DNA of 54,014 nucleotides, taken from positions 18,696 through 72,709 of the forward strand of contig MQRK01239521.1 of NCBI GenBank assembly GCA_001938485.1, in the 5' to 3' direction. The notes under the pieces were generated by a model. It was not told the DNA's origin. It saw nothing but the letters and a program-made list of their open reading frames with translations, and did no database searches. This document shows positions 25,694 to 37,194 of this stretch, one piece after another. The DNA comes from Girardia tigrina. Its lineage: Eukaryota. The translations under genes and the position numbers were made by a program. The first letter of the stretch is position 1. Every line of letters starts with the position of its first letter.

Positions 25694-26613
25694 TATTAAG
25701 TGTCATAGATTCATTATAGTTATATTCAGTTACATCAATTAATATAAATACCTTTTTGTGTAAAAATACATCAACTATACAATTTTTGCAAAGTATTAAA
25801 TTTTATTATTCTGCGATCATAAAAAAGACAAATTACTTTTTTCCTTATTCATCATCTTTCAGAGGCATAATTCATATTTTTCAAAATTATTTTTTATTTA
25901 AGATTGAAGGAGAGAATTTTCACAATCACTGTATAAACAGAAACAAAACAATAGATGCATTTACAAATTCTTCATTCCAGCTCTACATAGAGATATTTAT
26001 ATAATACACTTTAATATTTACATATCTTGTTTGGTAAATTTTATAACACTATGTACTTCTCTTTCGGGGTAAAGTTCCTGGTTTTCTTTCCTGATTACTT
26101 TCCACACACGTTCTGCGTCTAAAAATAAAAGACACACTTTCTCGTCGATTTGTCATATTCTCTGAGGTCAGAATGTTTTCGGGAAAGTTTTCTTCCCGTT
26201 TCCCATCAAAAAGACTCTCTAAATAAGAATGATGTGTAGAATAAGAAATATAAACAACCAAAAAAAATTTAAATACAATACAAGATTAAATAGCAATAAA
26301 AGATAATTTTAAACTGAAAATAATTAAAAATATAAATAATAAATAAAATATTTTTACAACCGATATTCGGTATATTGATTTATGAAACAATGAGACAATG
26401 AATCTGACTGCCGTGTTTGTGTGTGTGCATCGCTATCAGCGATTTTGATTGGTCAGTGTTCCTCAAGATCACTGTGAAACTGTGTTTTGTCTTCAACGTA
26501 ATATTTTATACAATTATTTACAATTATCAATTTTCAGATAGTAAAGTTTTTATAAATATCATATTATATTTAATATATGAGTCTTCATATTTTCACATAA
26601 TTTCTCTTATCAA

Positions 26614-29600
26614 ATGGGATCTTATGTTGAATTATTGAAAGCATGCAAAGAAGGAAATTCGCGGAAAGTTAGAAAGTTGTTGGAAGATTGTACCGATATC
26701 GGTGACGTCCGAGATCTCACCGACAAGACATTGTTGCATTATTGTTTCAAGAATGATTCATGCTCTGATTTGATTCTTGAAGCTGCCCCAGAACTTCTGG
26801 ACGTTGGAGACAAGCATGGCTACACGGTGCTGCACCTGGCGTCCATGATTAAACCTCCAGTCTCTCTCAAATATATTTTATCGAAAAAACCAGATATTAA
26901 TAAGAGAAATAATGATTCTCGGAGCGCTCTCATTCTGGCAGTGATCTATGACAATTGGGAAGCTGTAGAAATCTTGTGCGAGCATAATGCAGATGTCAAT
27001 GTCACTGATATTACTGGTGTTTCGCCATTACATTATGCTGCTAAAACGAAATCTCCCAAAGATTCTATGGAAATGAAAATAATTGATATTCTTTTAGAGA
27101 ATGGGTCCAATATTGACAGCCCCGACTCGTACGATCGATCTCCGCTGATGTGGGCGGTTTGTTCGAATAACATCACTAAGATGAACCATCTGATCGCCAA
27201 GGGATCGAACATCTATTCAAAAGATAATAGTGGTTTATCTATTTTACACTACGCCACGTCAAATGGAAATGTCGAAATTCTCAAGCTTCTTTTAGACGAA
27301 TATAATTTTAATATTGAAACATTAGATTCGAATCTTTGTACCGCATTGATGTACGCATGTTCGTACAATAATCAAGACATCATTGAAATGTTGTTGGAAA
27401 AAGGATCAAATGTTAATGCTGAAGATTGTAAAAGACGAAATGCTGCTCATTTTGCTTGTGGAAAAGGAGACCTTCGAAATTTAAAGATTTTATATAAATA
27501 TAACGCAGATTTATGGAAATTGAATAATGACAGCAATTATCCGTTACATGAGGCTGCCTATAAGGGTCACACCGACATTGTTGAATTCTTGATTGAAGAA
27601 ATGAAAGACAAAGATTTGCTTCAAACGTATATAAACCATCGAAATTCTAATGGACAAACACCATTACATTTGGCTACTGCAAAAGATAATTTTAAAATTG
27701 CTGAAATTCTTTTAGAAAATGGCGCGGATCCAAATATTCCATTAAGAGTGAATAATGGGAAATCCATGACAGCGTTAGATTTAGCAAATCAAGATCTAAC
27801 AAAACAATTAATACAACAATATAATGGAAAATCAGCCGACGATGTACTAAAGACGTCGGTAATCAAGGAGGAACAAACAGCTTCGATTTCAGAAGAATAT
27901 TCAGAAGATAGTGATAGTGAGTCGATAAGTATTGACTCAGACGCTGAGGAAAATGATAAACACAGTAGTTCAGAAATAGAACATTTTGATATCAATGAAA
28001 AGGATGAATATAGCGAAAAAGATGGCGTTTCAGAATCAAAAGATAATAAATCAGTATCCGAAGATTCAGAGTCCATTATCGATAATAGAAACATTGAAAA
28101 TACAGCATCAAATTCCGAAGAACATCGCACAGAATCGAAAGGTTCTGATATTCAAGAACATCCCAAACGACCTACTATTGAAATTACCGAAGAATATACT
28201 AATTCTCTATTATTCTCATGTAAAAATGGTGATGTAAATGAAATTCAGTCATTTATTGAAAATGGGGGGTCATTACCAGATATTATTGATAAAAGTGGAA
28301 AAACCCTTTTACATTATTCAATAAAAAATAGAGAAGCTTTTGAGATCATCATTAAAGAAGCCCCGGAATTAATTCACAGGTCTGATAATGCAAACATTTC
28401 TGTGTTGAATATGATTATCATGTCGAAAGAAAATTATTTACTTCCGATTGTTTTAAACTTAAATGCAGATTATAATTTTTCGGACTGCAATGGAAGAACT
28501 TCTTTACATCTTGCCGTAATTTATGAGAATTTAGAATCATTAAACTTAATGTGTAATTTGATTACAGATAAAAATCTCTTCTGTCATAAAAAAGATCTGG
28601 AAGGATGTTATCCATTGCATTATGCCGTGGAAATTAGTAAGATAAAGAAAACTGATTGTCAATGCAAAGACTTCCTAGAATTATTATTACAAATGAACGG
28701 AGATATCGAATGTAGAGATAATATCAATCGTACCCCGTTATTATTAGCTGTAAACATCAAAAACATTGAGGCAGTTACGACTCTTTTGAAATATGGTGCG
28801 AATATTATGGCAAAGGATAATCAAAATCTTTGTAGTATCCATTACGTATGTTCATTAGGAAGTTTAGAAATATTAAATGAACTAGCCAAGTTTGAGTCAT
28901 TCGATCCAGATGTTGAAGATCCAAATGGACTGACGCCATTATTTTATGCAATATCTAGTTGCGATGAGAAGATTGTTAAAAGACTTATTGAATTAAACGC
29001 TAAAATTAATGTGATCGATCATTGTGGCAGAAATCTATGTCATAAAGCTGCCGAAAAAGGTGCTTTTAAATGTTTGGAGCATTTAATTTTGTGTAATGTA
29101 GACCCTTGGTTGAAAGCTCATGACGGTACTATGCCTTTACACGAAGCGGCTTATAGAGGTTATAAAGAAATAGCTGAAATTTTATTAAACACACCTGCAG
29201 CAAGAGAAAATATTAATGTTAAGAATAATAACGGACAAACTGCTTTACATTTAGCAGCAGTTCGTAATGATTGTCCAATGTGTTACCTATTGATCGATAA
29301 GGGTAGCAGTATTAATGAAATTCTGCATCATGATAACAATGCCGAAGACGTAACAGCATATGATATAGCTACAACACCTTATTGTAAAGACACTTTACGT
29401 GAGTTTGGAGGAAAAACAGCAAAAAAAATTATTGATTATGTCAATCCAGAAACTGATTTTGAAATTTTAGATGAATTAATGATGAAACAAGACAATCCTA
29501 TTTTCGGGAGAAATAATTCTATAAGAAGTACAGAATTAGCCTTGTCGACCATTCCTAGTATTGTATATACTGCTCAGACTAATGAAAGAAGTAGCAGTCA

Positions 29601-30147
29601 ACTATCACACTCTAATAAACCTGTACAAAGTTCAAAACAGTCATCTAAGAAATCTAAAAACTCCAGCCGGAAAAACATTTCTATTTGTGAGTCTGAAAGA
29701 TCGTTGCTAAATAGCAGTGGAAGTGATCGTAAAACAACAAAACCCTTATCTCTAGGTTCTGAAAAAAGAATCATCAATGATAGTAACAGTGACTTGCAAA
29801 GTCATAATGAGAAAATATCATCAAGAAAATCTGGGAATCGTTCCGCAATTTCTGAATGCTCGGGATTAAGTCGAGAGCAATCCAAATGCACGTCTGCAGA
29901 TGGCAATACTCGCAAGTCGAGTTCAAGATCAAAATCATCAAAAGCATCAAAATTATCTGTCAGAAAAAATAATTTTATTGAAAAAGAAATGCAAAATCGA
30001 GTACACAATTCGGTATTAAATTATGAATACACGAGACTGAGTTGTAAAATAGCAAATGATATAATGAGACAGAAAATCAGAGAGGAAAATGATGAAAAAT
30101 TGAAACATTCCAGAGGAAATCGAACAGTGAAAACTTCCAGACCCTGA
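26614..30147 (+). CDS. Ankyrin-repeat protein, 1177 aa, two duplicated ankyrin modules separated by an acidic Ser/Asp/Glu linker, Ser/Lys-rich tail
   Basis: Intact single ORF with roughly 20 or more TPLH-type repeats; downstream AATAAA at ~30289; candidate 40-nt 5'UTR intron at 26498-26537. Confidence 0.93.
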   Translation: MGSYVELLKACKEGNSRKVRKLLEDCTDIGDVRDLTDKTLLHYCFKNDSCSDLILEAAPELLDVGDKHGYTVLHLASMIKPPVSLKYILSKKPDINKRNNDSRSALILAVIYDNWEAVEILCEHNADVNVTDITGVSPLHYAAKTKSPKDSMEMKIIDILLENGSNIDSPDSYDRSPLMWAVCSNNITKMNHLIAKGSNIYSKDNSGLSILHYATSNGNVEILKLLLDEYNFNIETLDSNLCTALMYACSYNNQDIIEMLLEKGSNVNAEDCKRRNAAHFACGKGDLRNLKILYKYNADLWKLNNDSNYPLHEAAYKGHTDIVEFLIEEMKDKDLLQTYINHRNSNGQTPLHLATAKDNFKIAEILLENGADPNIPLRVNNGKSMTALDLANQDLTKQLIQQYNGKSADDVLKTSVIKEEQTASISEEYSEDSDSESISIDSDAEENDKHSSSEIEHFDINEKDEYSEKDGVSESKDNKSVSEDSESIIDNRNIENTASNSEEHRTESKGSDIQEHPKRPTIEITEEYTNSLLFSCKNGDVNEIQSFIENGGSLPDIIDKSGKTLLHYSIKNREAFEIIIKEAPELIHRSDNANISVLNMIIMSKENYLLPIVLNLNADYNFSDCNGRTSLHLAVIYENLESLNLMCNLITDKNLFCHKKDLEGCYPLHYAVEISKIKKTDCQCKDFLELLLQMNGDIECRDNINRTPLLLAVNIKNIEAVTTLLKYGANIMAKDNQNLCSIHYVCSLGSLEILNELAKFESFDPDVEDPNGLTPLFYAISSCDEKIVKRLIELNAKINVIDHCGRNLCHKAAEKGAFKCLEHLILCNVDPWLKAHDGTMPLHEAAYRGYKEIAEILLNTPAARENINVKNNNGQTALHLAAVRNDCPMCYLLIDKGSSINEILHHDNNAEDVTAYDIATTPYCKDTLREFGGKTAKKIIDYVNPETDFEILDELMMKQDNPIFGRNNSIRSTELALSTIPSIVYTAQTNERSSSQLSHSNKPVQSSKQSSKKSKNSSRKNISICESERSLLNSSGSDRKTTKPLSLGSEKRIINDSNSDLQSHNEKISSRKSGNRSAISECSGLSREQSKCTSADGNTRKSSSRSKSSKASKLSVRKNNFIEKEMQNRVHNSVLNYEYTRLSCKIANDIMRQKIREENDEKLKHSRGNRTVKTSRP

Positions 30148-31201
30148 ATCAGAAATCAATTGCTTTAAAGATGTCTTACTATGAACCTGATCTTTCTCTA
30201 TTTTAGAACCTTTTGACAATATTGATTTCAATTTTTTTTTAATATTTTATTTTAAAATATAATTTATTTTTACTTGTTTTGGTCTAAAAATAAATGTTCT
30301 TTTTATAATTTAATATTACCATCTCATATAAATGTTATGTCAGATGTCTTATGGAATGCCATTCAGGTGCATCTATAAATTACGTATTATAACCGTCTAA
30401 TTATTCGGCACCGGTCGTGTTACATTTTGAAATGAAATTAGGTTGCAATATTTTATCTGTTTATGTAGATTTTGTACAGATTCTTTTTATCCGTTGTTAT
30501 TATTAATCATGTATTTATAATAATAAATGCACCTTAATGTATAGAGTACATTATGTATTCATGTTTTTACGTATTGTATAAACTACAATAAGTACTTTGT
30601 GATTAACTTCCTAAAATTTTAGGTGCTATTTCGGAAATTAAATTATAAACTATTTATCGTAATTTTTATTTATAAATTCCTCGCTCTCCTTGTCCAAATA
30701 TGTTTCAAATCAACATTTTTTAAGTTATCGAATGAAAAATCACTGATTCTTCATCGCTGAAATTGTGGTTGTTGCTTGTATATGTGGCAGTGGCACGCAA
30801 GCCATGTTGCTCCATTTCTATCCCACTCAAGGGCGTTGCCCAATTGAATGAGCTTATCACAGATTGCTATCAGATATATAAAAATATGACCGACTTCAAA
30901 ATATAAATAGGGAGAATATGGTATAATTAAAGTCATATGTGTACTTTCCTTAATATACTAAATCAATAGCTACATATGTGTAATATATAAAGTCATACGA
31001 CGATTGAGACAGTAATCAATACTATAAATAGTGATATGTAATATAATAAAGATGCAAATATAATAGAAATAATGTACAAGAAGTATATGATTACTGTCCC
31101 ACTCTGGACCAACCTTACTACAATGTGTATTATATATGCAGTGCCTTCTGCATAAAAGGAATGAACAAAATAATTCACATTATAACAATTGTGGTGTTTG
31201 T

Positions 31202-31375
31202 TTTGAAGAAGACTTCAAAAAAATTTTGAAATAACTTCAAAATGTTTCTGTCATTATTTGAAGGACAAGTTCAGAATGTTAACTTTAAGAAAATTTGAAG
31301 AAGTCTTCAAGAAAATTGAAGATAACTTCAAAATATTTCTATTATATTTAAGAGGATAAGTTCCAGATGTTAGTA
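31202..31375. repeat. Imperfect tandem duplication, ~92-bp unit, two copies
   Basis: TTTGAAGAAG(A/T)CTTCAA...ATAACTTCAAAAT...AAGTTC..ATGTTA occurs twice. Confidence 0.7.
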
Positions 31376-33252
31376 TGGTGGACAGTATATAGATATATGT
31401 TTATTTTAATTAGATTATTATAAGTAACAATAAGTTAAATAATATGAAATAATGTGGGGATGAATGATAAGTTTGATTTTAAAATTGTGTACAATATTAC
31501 GAATATTTATAATAAAAATTATGTGTGTACTATATATTTCTGCTTGTTATAATAGGGACTCTGTGTTATATAGAGAGATATATAAATAAAAATATATAAT
31601 TAAATTAAATAAAAAAAGAAAAATTAAAAACAACATAAAAAATTAAATTGTTATTATTTTAAAATGAAAATTTTAAAATAATAATAATAACGATAACTCA
31701 TCCAGTTTTTTGTGAAAGTTGTCGTTAATTTTAATTGAAATTTTGTCGAGTATTTGATTTGAAATTTTGTCAAACTTTTGATCTACTTAAGAAAATTTAT
31801 CGAATTGTTATTTTTTGAATTTCAAATTACGAATTTGACTGAGTCAGACTCATAAAAAACAATTGGGTGAGTGAAAATTTAATCTTCACAATAAAATTGA
31901 CCCAGCACAAACACAAAATTAGCAAATTTCAAATCCAACACTACCACTCTACCGTTATAACGTTCCGGTCTTCGGGGCAACCTGGGGATCGGGCGAACAG
32001 GTACCAACACATTTAAAGTATGCACTTTGTTTACACTTCAACACCAATATTTATTTCAATGTTTTAATATGTATTTTGCCTGCCTTTCCTTCATATTCAA
32101 ACTTAAAGAATAACAATTGGGCTATCTTATGTATTAAAATAGCAATATTGCCATCGCCTTAAGTAATAACTAATTAAATAATCTCAACCAATGGGAAGAG
32201 AGACTTATTTGGACATTAATTGAGTGGCAAGTCAATTAATTATAAAATTTGTGAAAATACTGTATAATATTTTAAAATTATTTTTTTTCACATCCAATAT
32301 TCAAGCAATTTTTTGTTTACCGACAATTGTGGTTTGATAAGATTGGTATGTAAAGGATAAAAAGGCCGTGTTTATTTTTATTTCGTTTTTATACATCAAA
32401 TTAAAACGAATTCAATTTATTTTTAAGATTTAATCAATCTTACTACGATATATGTAGTTACTTAAAATCAAAACGTTTGTGAATTATTAAGCTACTAACT
32501 TTTTCGCATATTAAAAATTATAATTGCTGTTGTTAAGTATTTAAATTTGAGTTATATTAGTGACGGTTGTAAATTAACAAGTGGAATAACGCAATACAAT
32601 TTCAAGTTTTATGTACTTCTAACAATCGTATTTATTTTTAATATGAAGCTATGAAAATATCGATATTAATATAACTAAGAGTAATTTAATTTGCAACAAA
32701 ACAAAAAGATGACTTGAAAGATATGGAAAAATATTTCCAACTGAATAATTTTTAAAAAATGATATTGACTTTTTAAAAAAGAGGTTTGTTTGTGCTTCCA
32801 GTGTTAAATATGCTTGTCTTAGTAACATCGACAATGGCAACAAGGGAGTTACCAAATCGGAATATCTTCCAACCAATCAGATTTCAAAGAAGTTTCAAAC
32901 GATATTAACAATTCATAATTGCCAGAATTCTATTTCTTTATCAAATTTGAATTCAAATTGAGTAGTTTGAAAAATTGTTTTAGCTGACACAAATTAATTT
33001 ACTACGGAAAACGTTCGGTGTTAAATTAGTTGAGACTTGTAAAAGGAAAATAAACTTATTGAATTCAAATTGTATTTTCTTTTAATAATAAATACTTTGG
33101 AAAATACTCTTTTTCTTGTTTTAATGAATGTTTTAATTGTTTAATTCAATATTTTAATTCTGTGTTTCTGGATAATATATTTTGAAAACTTTAGGATTTA
33201 TATGACTGGTTTTAGAAGAACAAGTTGTGGATTCCACAAGTTTATTTAATAC

Positions 33253-35944
33253 TAAGGCGACCAAAATGTTGACCTAAAAAATACAAAAAATTGACTTTAT
33301 TGACCTATAAAATTTGTAAATTTTACCTTTATAATTAACTTCAATAATTTAGAAAAGTCAATTTTTGATAATTTTTTACATAAAATTAGCTTCATTTATT
33401 AAAAAAAGATAAATAAGAAATTATAATTAATAATAGAACAATAATAATAAAACAATCATATAACCTAAATTTTTAATAACCCTTATATAACAAAGAAAAG
33501 TGAACAGTTTATAGCATAAAAGAGTTGTATTGCGAGAAAACATATTTCTCAATATTTGAATCAAGAAAATTTCGATTTTTTTGAAAAGTGAATTGAGAAT
33601 CGAAAAACTTCACTCTATCGCTAAATATGTTGGTGGAAAATTAAGAAACCGTTCATACACTACTGGTGATATATTGTCATTTTTCATGTCTCTGAATGCT
33701 TGAATGTCATTCATACTGAATCTAGAATTGATATAATGGTCAACCTTGAAATCAATACTTTCGATTTTATTCAGTGCCTTTGCAATTGAAAAATTGTCTC
33801 CTTCCATTGTCATTGCTAAATTTGACAGAGATTTGTTCTGAGAAGTTATTATCACAAAAGTTTTTTTCAAGGTTGGAAGATCTAAAATCCTTTGTTTGTA
33901 CAGCTGACAAGAACTACTTTATTATTGATGCCTTTCAAAATTTTCTTTCAGAGTTGGCATTTTCTCCGCATTATAGAAAGCTGCCCCAATCCATGAGCCC
34001 CAGCGAGTCAGAATTGGTGCTTGTGAACTCCTATTTAAAAAAGCTTTATTTGCTAGTGATTATTGATTGTTGCTGCTTTTATTGAAGAAATCAAATTATC
34101 AACACCATTAAACTTATTGCGAACTATTTGTGCAGCATTGTGCATTATTAACAACATCAATACGATTTTTCGAAAATTTATTTATATCACTAGAAGAATT
34201 GTCATTACAACAATTATTTAAATTACTTTCACTATTTGACGTTGGATAAAATTAATATTATATTATTTAAAAAAATCAAAATCTAATTGGTTTAAATTAA
34301 ATATATACATTTTTAAATTAAATTTTAAATTTTAAATTACAGTTAAAAATTAAATACTTTGGCTGTCCCAAAAGCCCTCAGGGGGCCTTTAAAAACACAT
34401 TAATATTTTACCAAATTTAACCAAATTTGGACTGAATATTATTCAGACTGTCATAAATAATGTGTTAAAATGTCAAAGCGTAAACTTTGAATTTAAAAAT
34501 TTATTTAAAAAATATTTTAAAAATTTCTTAAGCAACAACATATTCACCATTGTTATCAATAACCAACTGAAAATAGTTAAAAAGGTTTATCTAGTTGATT
34601 TTCTTAATGTTTCTGTTGATAAAGAATTAAAAAAGAATTTACAAGCTTCTTCAATTTCTTCATGTGATTTGAAAACATGATTTTTAAAACTTCTCTTCAT
34701 TTTTGCCACACAGATTAAAATCTGGACTATAGGGCAATTTATAATTTTTTTCAATTTTTCTTCTTTCAAAAAAAAGAGTTGTTTCTTTGCTAGAATGAGG
34801 TCTTTCATTATCAAGCCACCACTTAAGTTCCTTTGGCTTGATGCTGTTAGATTTAAGTTTCCGCCATTTTTCACCGGTGTCATGAACAAAGTTCACATAC
34901 GCCTCGAAATCAATCTTGGTACCATATGGCAGTGCTTTTACATTAAAACGTTTGTTGCAGGTAAAGGTTACGAAATCAAGAGATTTTTTATCAGTCATTG
35001 GCGAGGGCTTTATCACTTTTGGTAGAACAGCATTAGAAGGAATCCAAACTTTGTGATCTTCTTTCTTTCCTCTACCTTGGAAAAAGACCCATGTCTCATC
35101 CTCGATCGCTATGTTGGAATATGCTTCATCACCCATCTGTGAAATTACATGGCGTATATGCTTTGTAGTGTTAATGCGTTGTTGTTTATTAGTAGCAGAA
35201 AGTTCGTGAGGGACCCAAACAGAGCAAACTTTTTTGTAATGAAGTTTTCACGCAAAATTTTGTGAATTGTATTTTTGCTTAAAGAATGTACGCAAAGACG
35301 CATTTGGAGCTTCATCAATCACTTCTTTGACTGCTTTAATCTTTTCATCGTCTATTAATGACGGCCTGCCACTTCTTGATGAATCGTCGAATGACGTCCA
35401 CTTTTCTTTTTTAAAATCAGTTAACCATTGTTGAATAGTTTTCAGTACTGGGTGATTTGCGCCTTCCCATGTCTACTGAAGTTGCTGAAGAATTTCTGAA
35501 GCAGAAAATCCTCTTTTACTTTGAGTTAGAACAAAAAACGTTGGCAACATTTATTTGGTTCCATTGTTAAAAACCGCTTGATTTGAATTCGCTGCACTTT
35601 TAAAATTTCAATACTTTAATAAAACAAAATTTTACTTTTTTAATTTTATGCTTTGAAATTTCAACACAGTATTTATGACAGTCTGAATAATAACCAGTCC
35701 AAATTTGGTTAAATTTGGTAAAATATTAAAATTTAACTTTAAATTTATAATTAGTAATTAAATTATTAATTTGGTTTTTTGAAAATTTTGACTTTTTATT
35801 ACTTCACAGGCAAAATTTTGACTTTATTGACTTAATAAATTTCTCCAGGCGTTACTTTTTATAAAAAAAACCTTGTGAAAACGGGTTTTCAAGAGATTTT
35901 AGTTCAAATTACAAATTTTGACTATATGGCATTTGGTTGCCCTA
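33253..35944 (-). mobile_element. Decayed hAT-like (DUF659/CGGBP1-type) element hosting a mariner-like insertion
   Basis: Termini TAAGGCGACCAAA / TAGGGCAACCAAA; near-TSD TTTAATAC/TTTATCAC; remnants LTRWGSW (~33990-34010) and FPPTYLAIE-SF (~33605-33640). Confidence 0.65.
34400..35729 (-). mobile_element. mariner-like transposon with ~90-bp TIRs, decayed transposase ~34560-35565
   Basis: TIR TTAATATTTTACCAAATTTAACCAAATTTGGACTG...; motifs RSGRP, WVPHEL, EDETW, DNERPH, PYSPDFNLC. Confidence 0.88.
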
Positions 35945-36239
35945 TTTATCACCAAAATTTAGTGATCTTCTTTTGTTTATATTTCGTTTTTGTGATTTTA
36001 AAATAATTGTCAAATACTTAAGGATTTAAGCAAATGACCTAATTATTTTTTAATACTACTAATTAGTATTTTTCTTAATTAGTATTAAGAACACTAATAT
36101 GATTTCCGATGATTTTATTTCTATCACAACTCGAATTGCCTCCAGAACAATTATCCACAAAACTTTCGTAGTTAAACATCGTTCTTGATTGATAAAATGT
36201 TTAATTATATTTCTAAACCTCTAATTATTGGATAAAAAT

Positions 36240-36624
36240 TAAATTACAATTCCTTACTAAAATAATAATAAGCAGAAAACGTTGGAGTTATTCTTATTGG
36301 ATCTTCTGCTCGAAGCCATGATTTTGTTATAAATTACAATCAAAATCAAATAAATATAAATATATTTATAAATTCTACATAGTATAAACATCAAATAACA
36401 GTATTCCAATGCATATACATAAATAATTGTGAGAAAAAAAGCCATGAGCGCAGTTTCTAGTCCAAGCGAAAATAAAGCGAAATAACCAAAAAGGTTAAAA
36501 ACAGATGTGATGTCGAAAAGTTGACCTGATCTAATAAAATCAAGGATATATTTGGATTCAGGGCATCAATATTCTCCTGAATCAGGTCAAATATCCAAGA
36601 CAGTATTTTTTGTGTTGATCAGTG
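36240..36624 (-). mobile_element. 5' fragment of a Chapaev3-like (CMC) transposon
   Basis: CACTGATCAACA terminus flanked by TTA; N-terminus MASSRRSNKNNSNVFC resembles the RxCxNxPDxFCYICG start recalled for this family. Confidence 0.55.
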
Positions 36625-36769
36625 TTATCTATGATTAATATTATAAAAATATTAAAAATCACTTTCAAATAGATTTAAAATATTTTATTAAAATATTACT
36701 ATATATTCATTGATTAAAATAGATTAATTTAATTTTAAAGTTGTTAAAAAATTACAGCGATTTCATGAT

Positions 36770-37194
36770 ACTTTGAGTACTCGCTACCCAGGATTGGTGA
36801 ATCGCGATAGAGAAATCCTACAGGATGAAAATACTCCAGCATGAAAGGTGAAGCAGAAAATTCAGGAACTACAAGGCATCGAAGTCATTCCCCACCTAGT
36901 GTATAGTCCAGACCTTGCTCCTTCTGATTATCATCTGTTTTGGTCTCTCTCACTCTTTTTATGAGGGAGACGCTTTAGTTCAGAGAAAGACGTCAAAACT
37001 GGAATAGAGGATTTTTTTTGCCTCCAAGACCCCTGCAGGATATCACCATGGGATTGAGCAATTGACAGAAAGATGACTTCAAATCATTGAAAATTATGGA
37101 CTATATTTCTAGGAATAATATAATCAGTGTTTAAAATATTTGTGTAAATATAGTAGTCGCATAAAAACCTAAATAACTTTTAACTCAACCTGTT
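36770..37194 (+). mobile_element. 3' fragment of a second mariner family
   Basis: PGLVNR...PHLVYSPDLAPSDYHLF...GLYF; terminus AACTCAACCTGT-TA. Confidence 0.85.

Noticed and set aside
26049-26261. Small gene divergent from the ankyrin gene
   Set aside because: No ATG start or recognisable motif; insufficient support.
31950-32005. HDV-like ribozyme (GGGCAAC...GGCGAA)
   Set aside because: P4/J4-2-like words are present, but I could not build P1, P2 or a proper P3.
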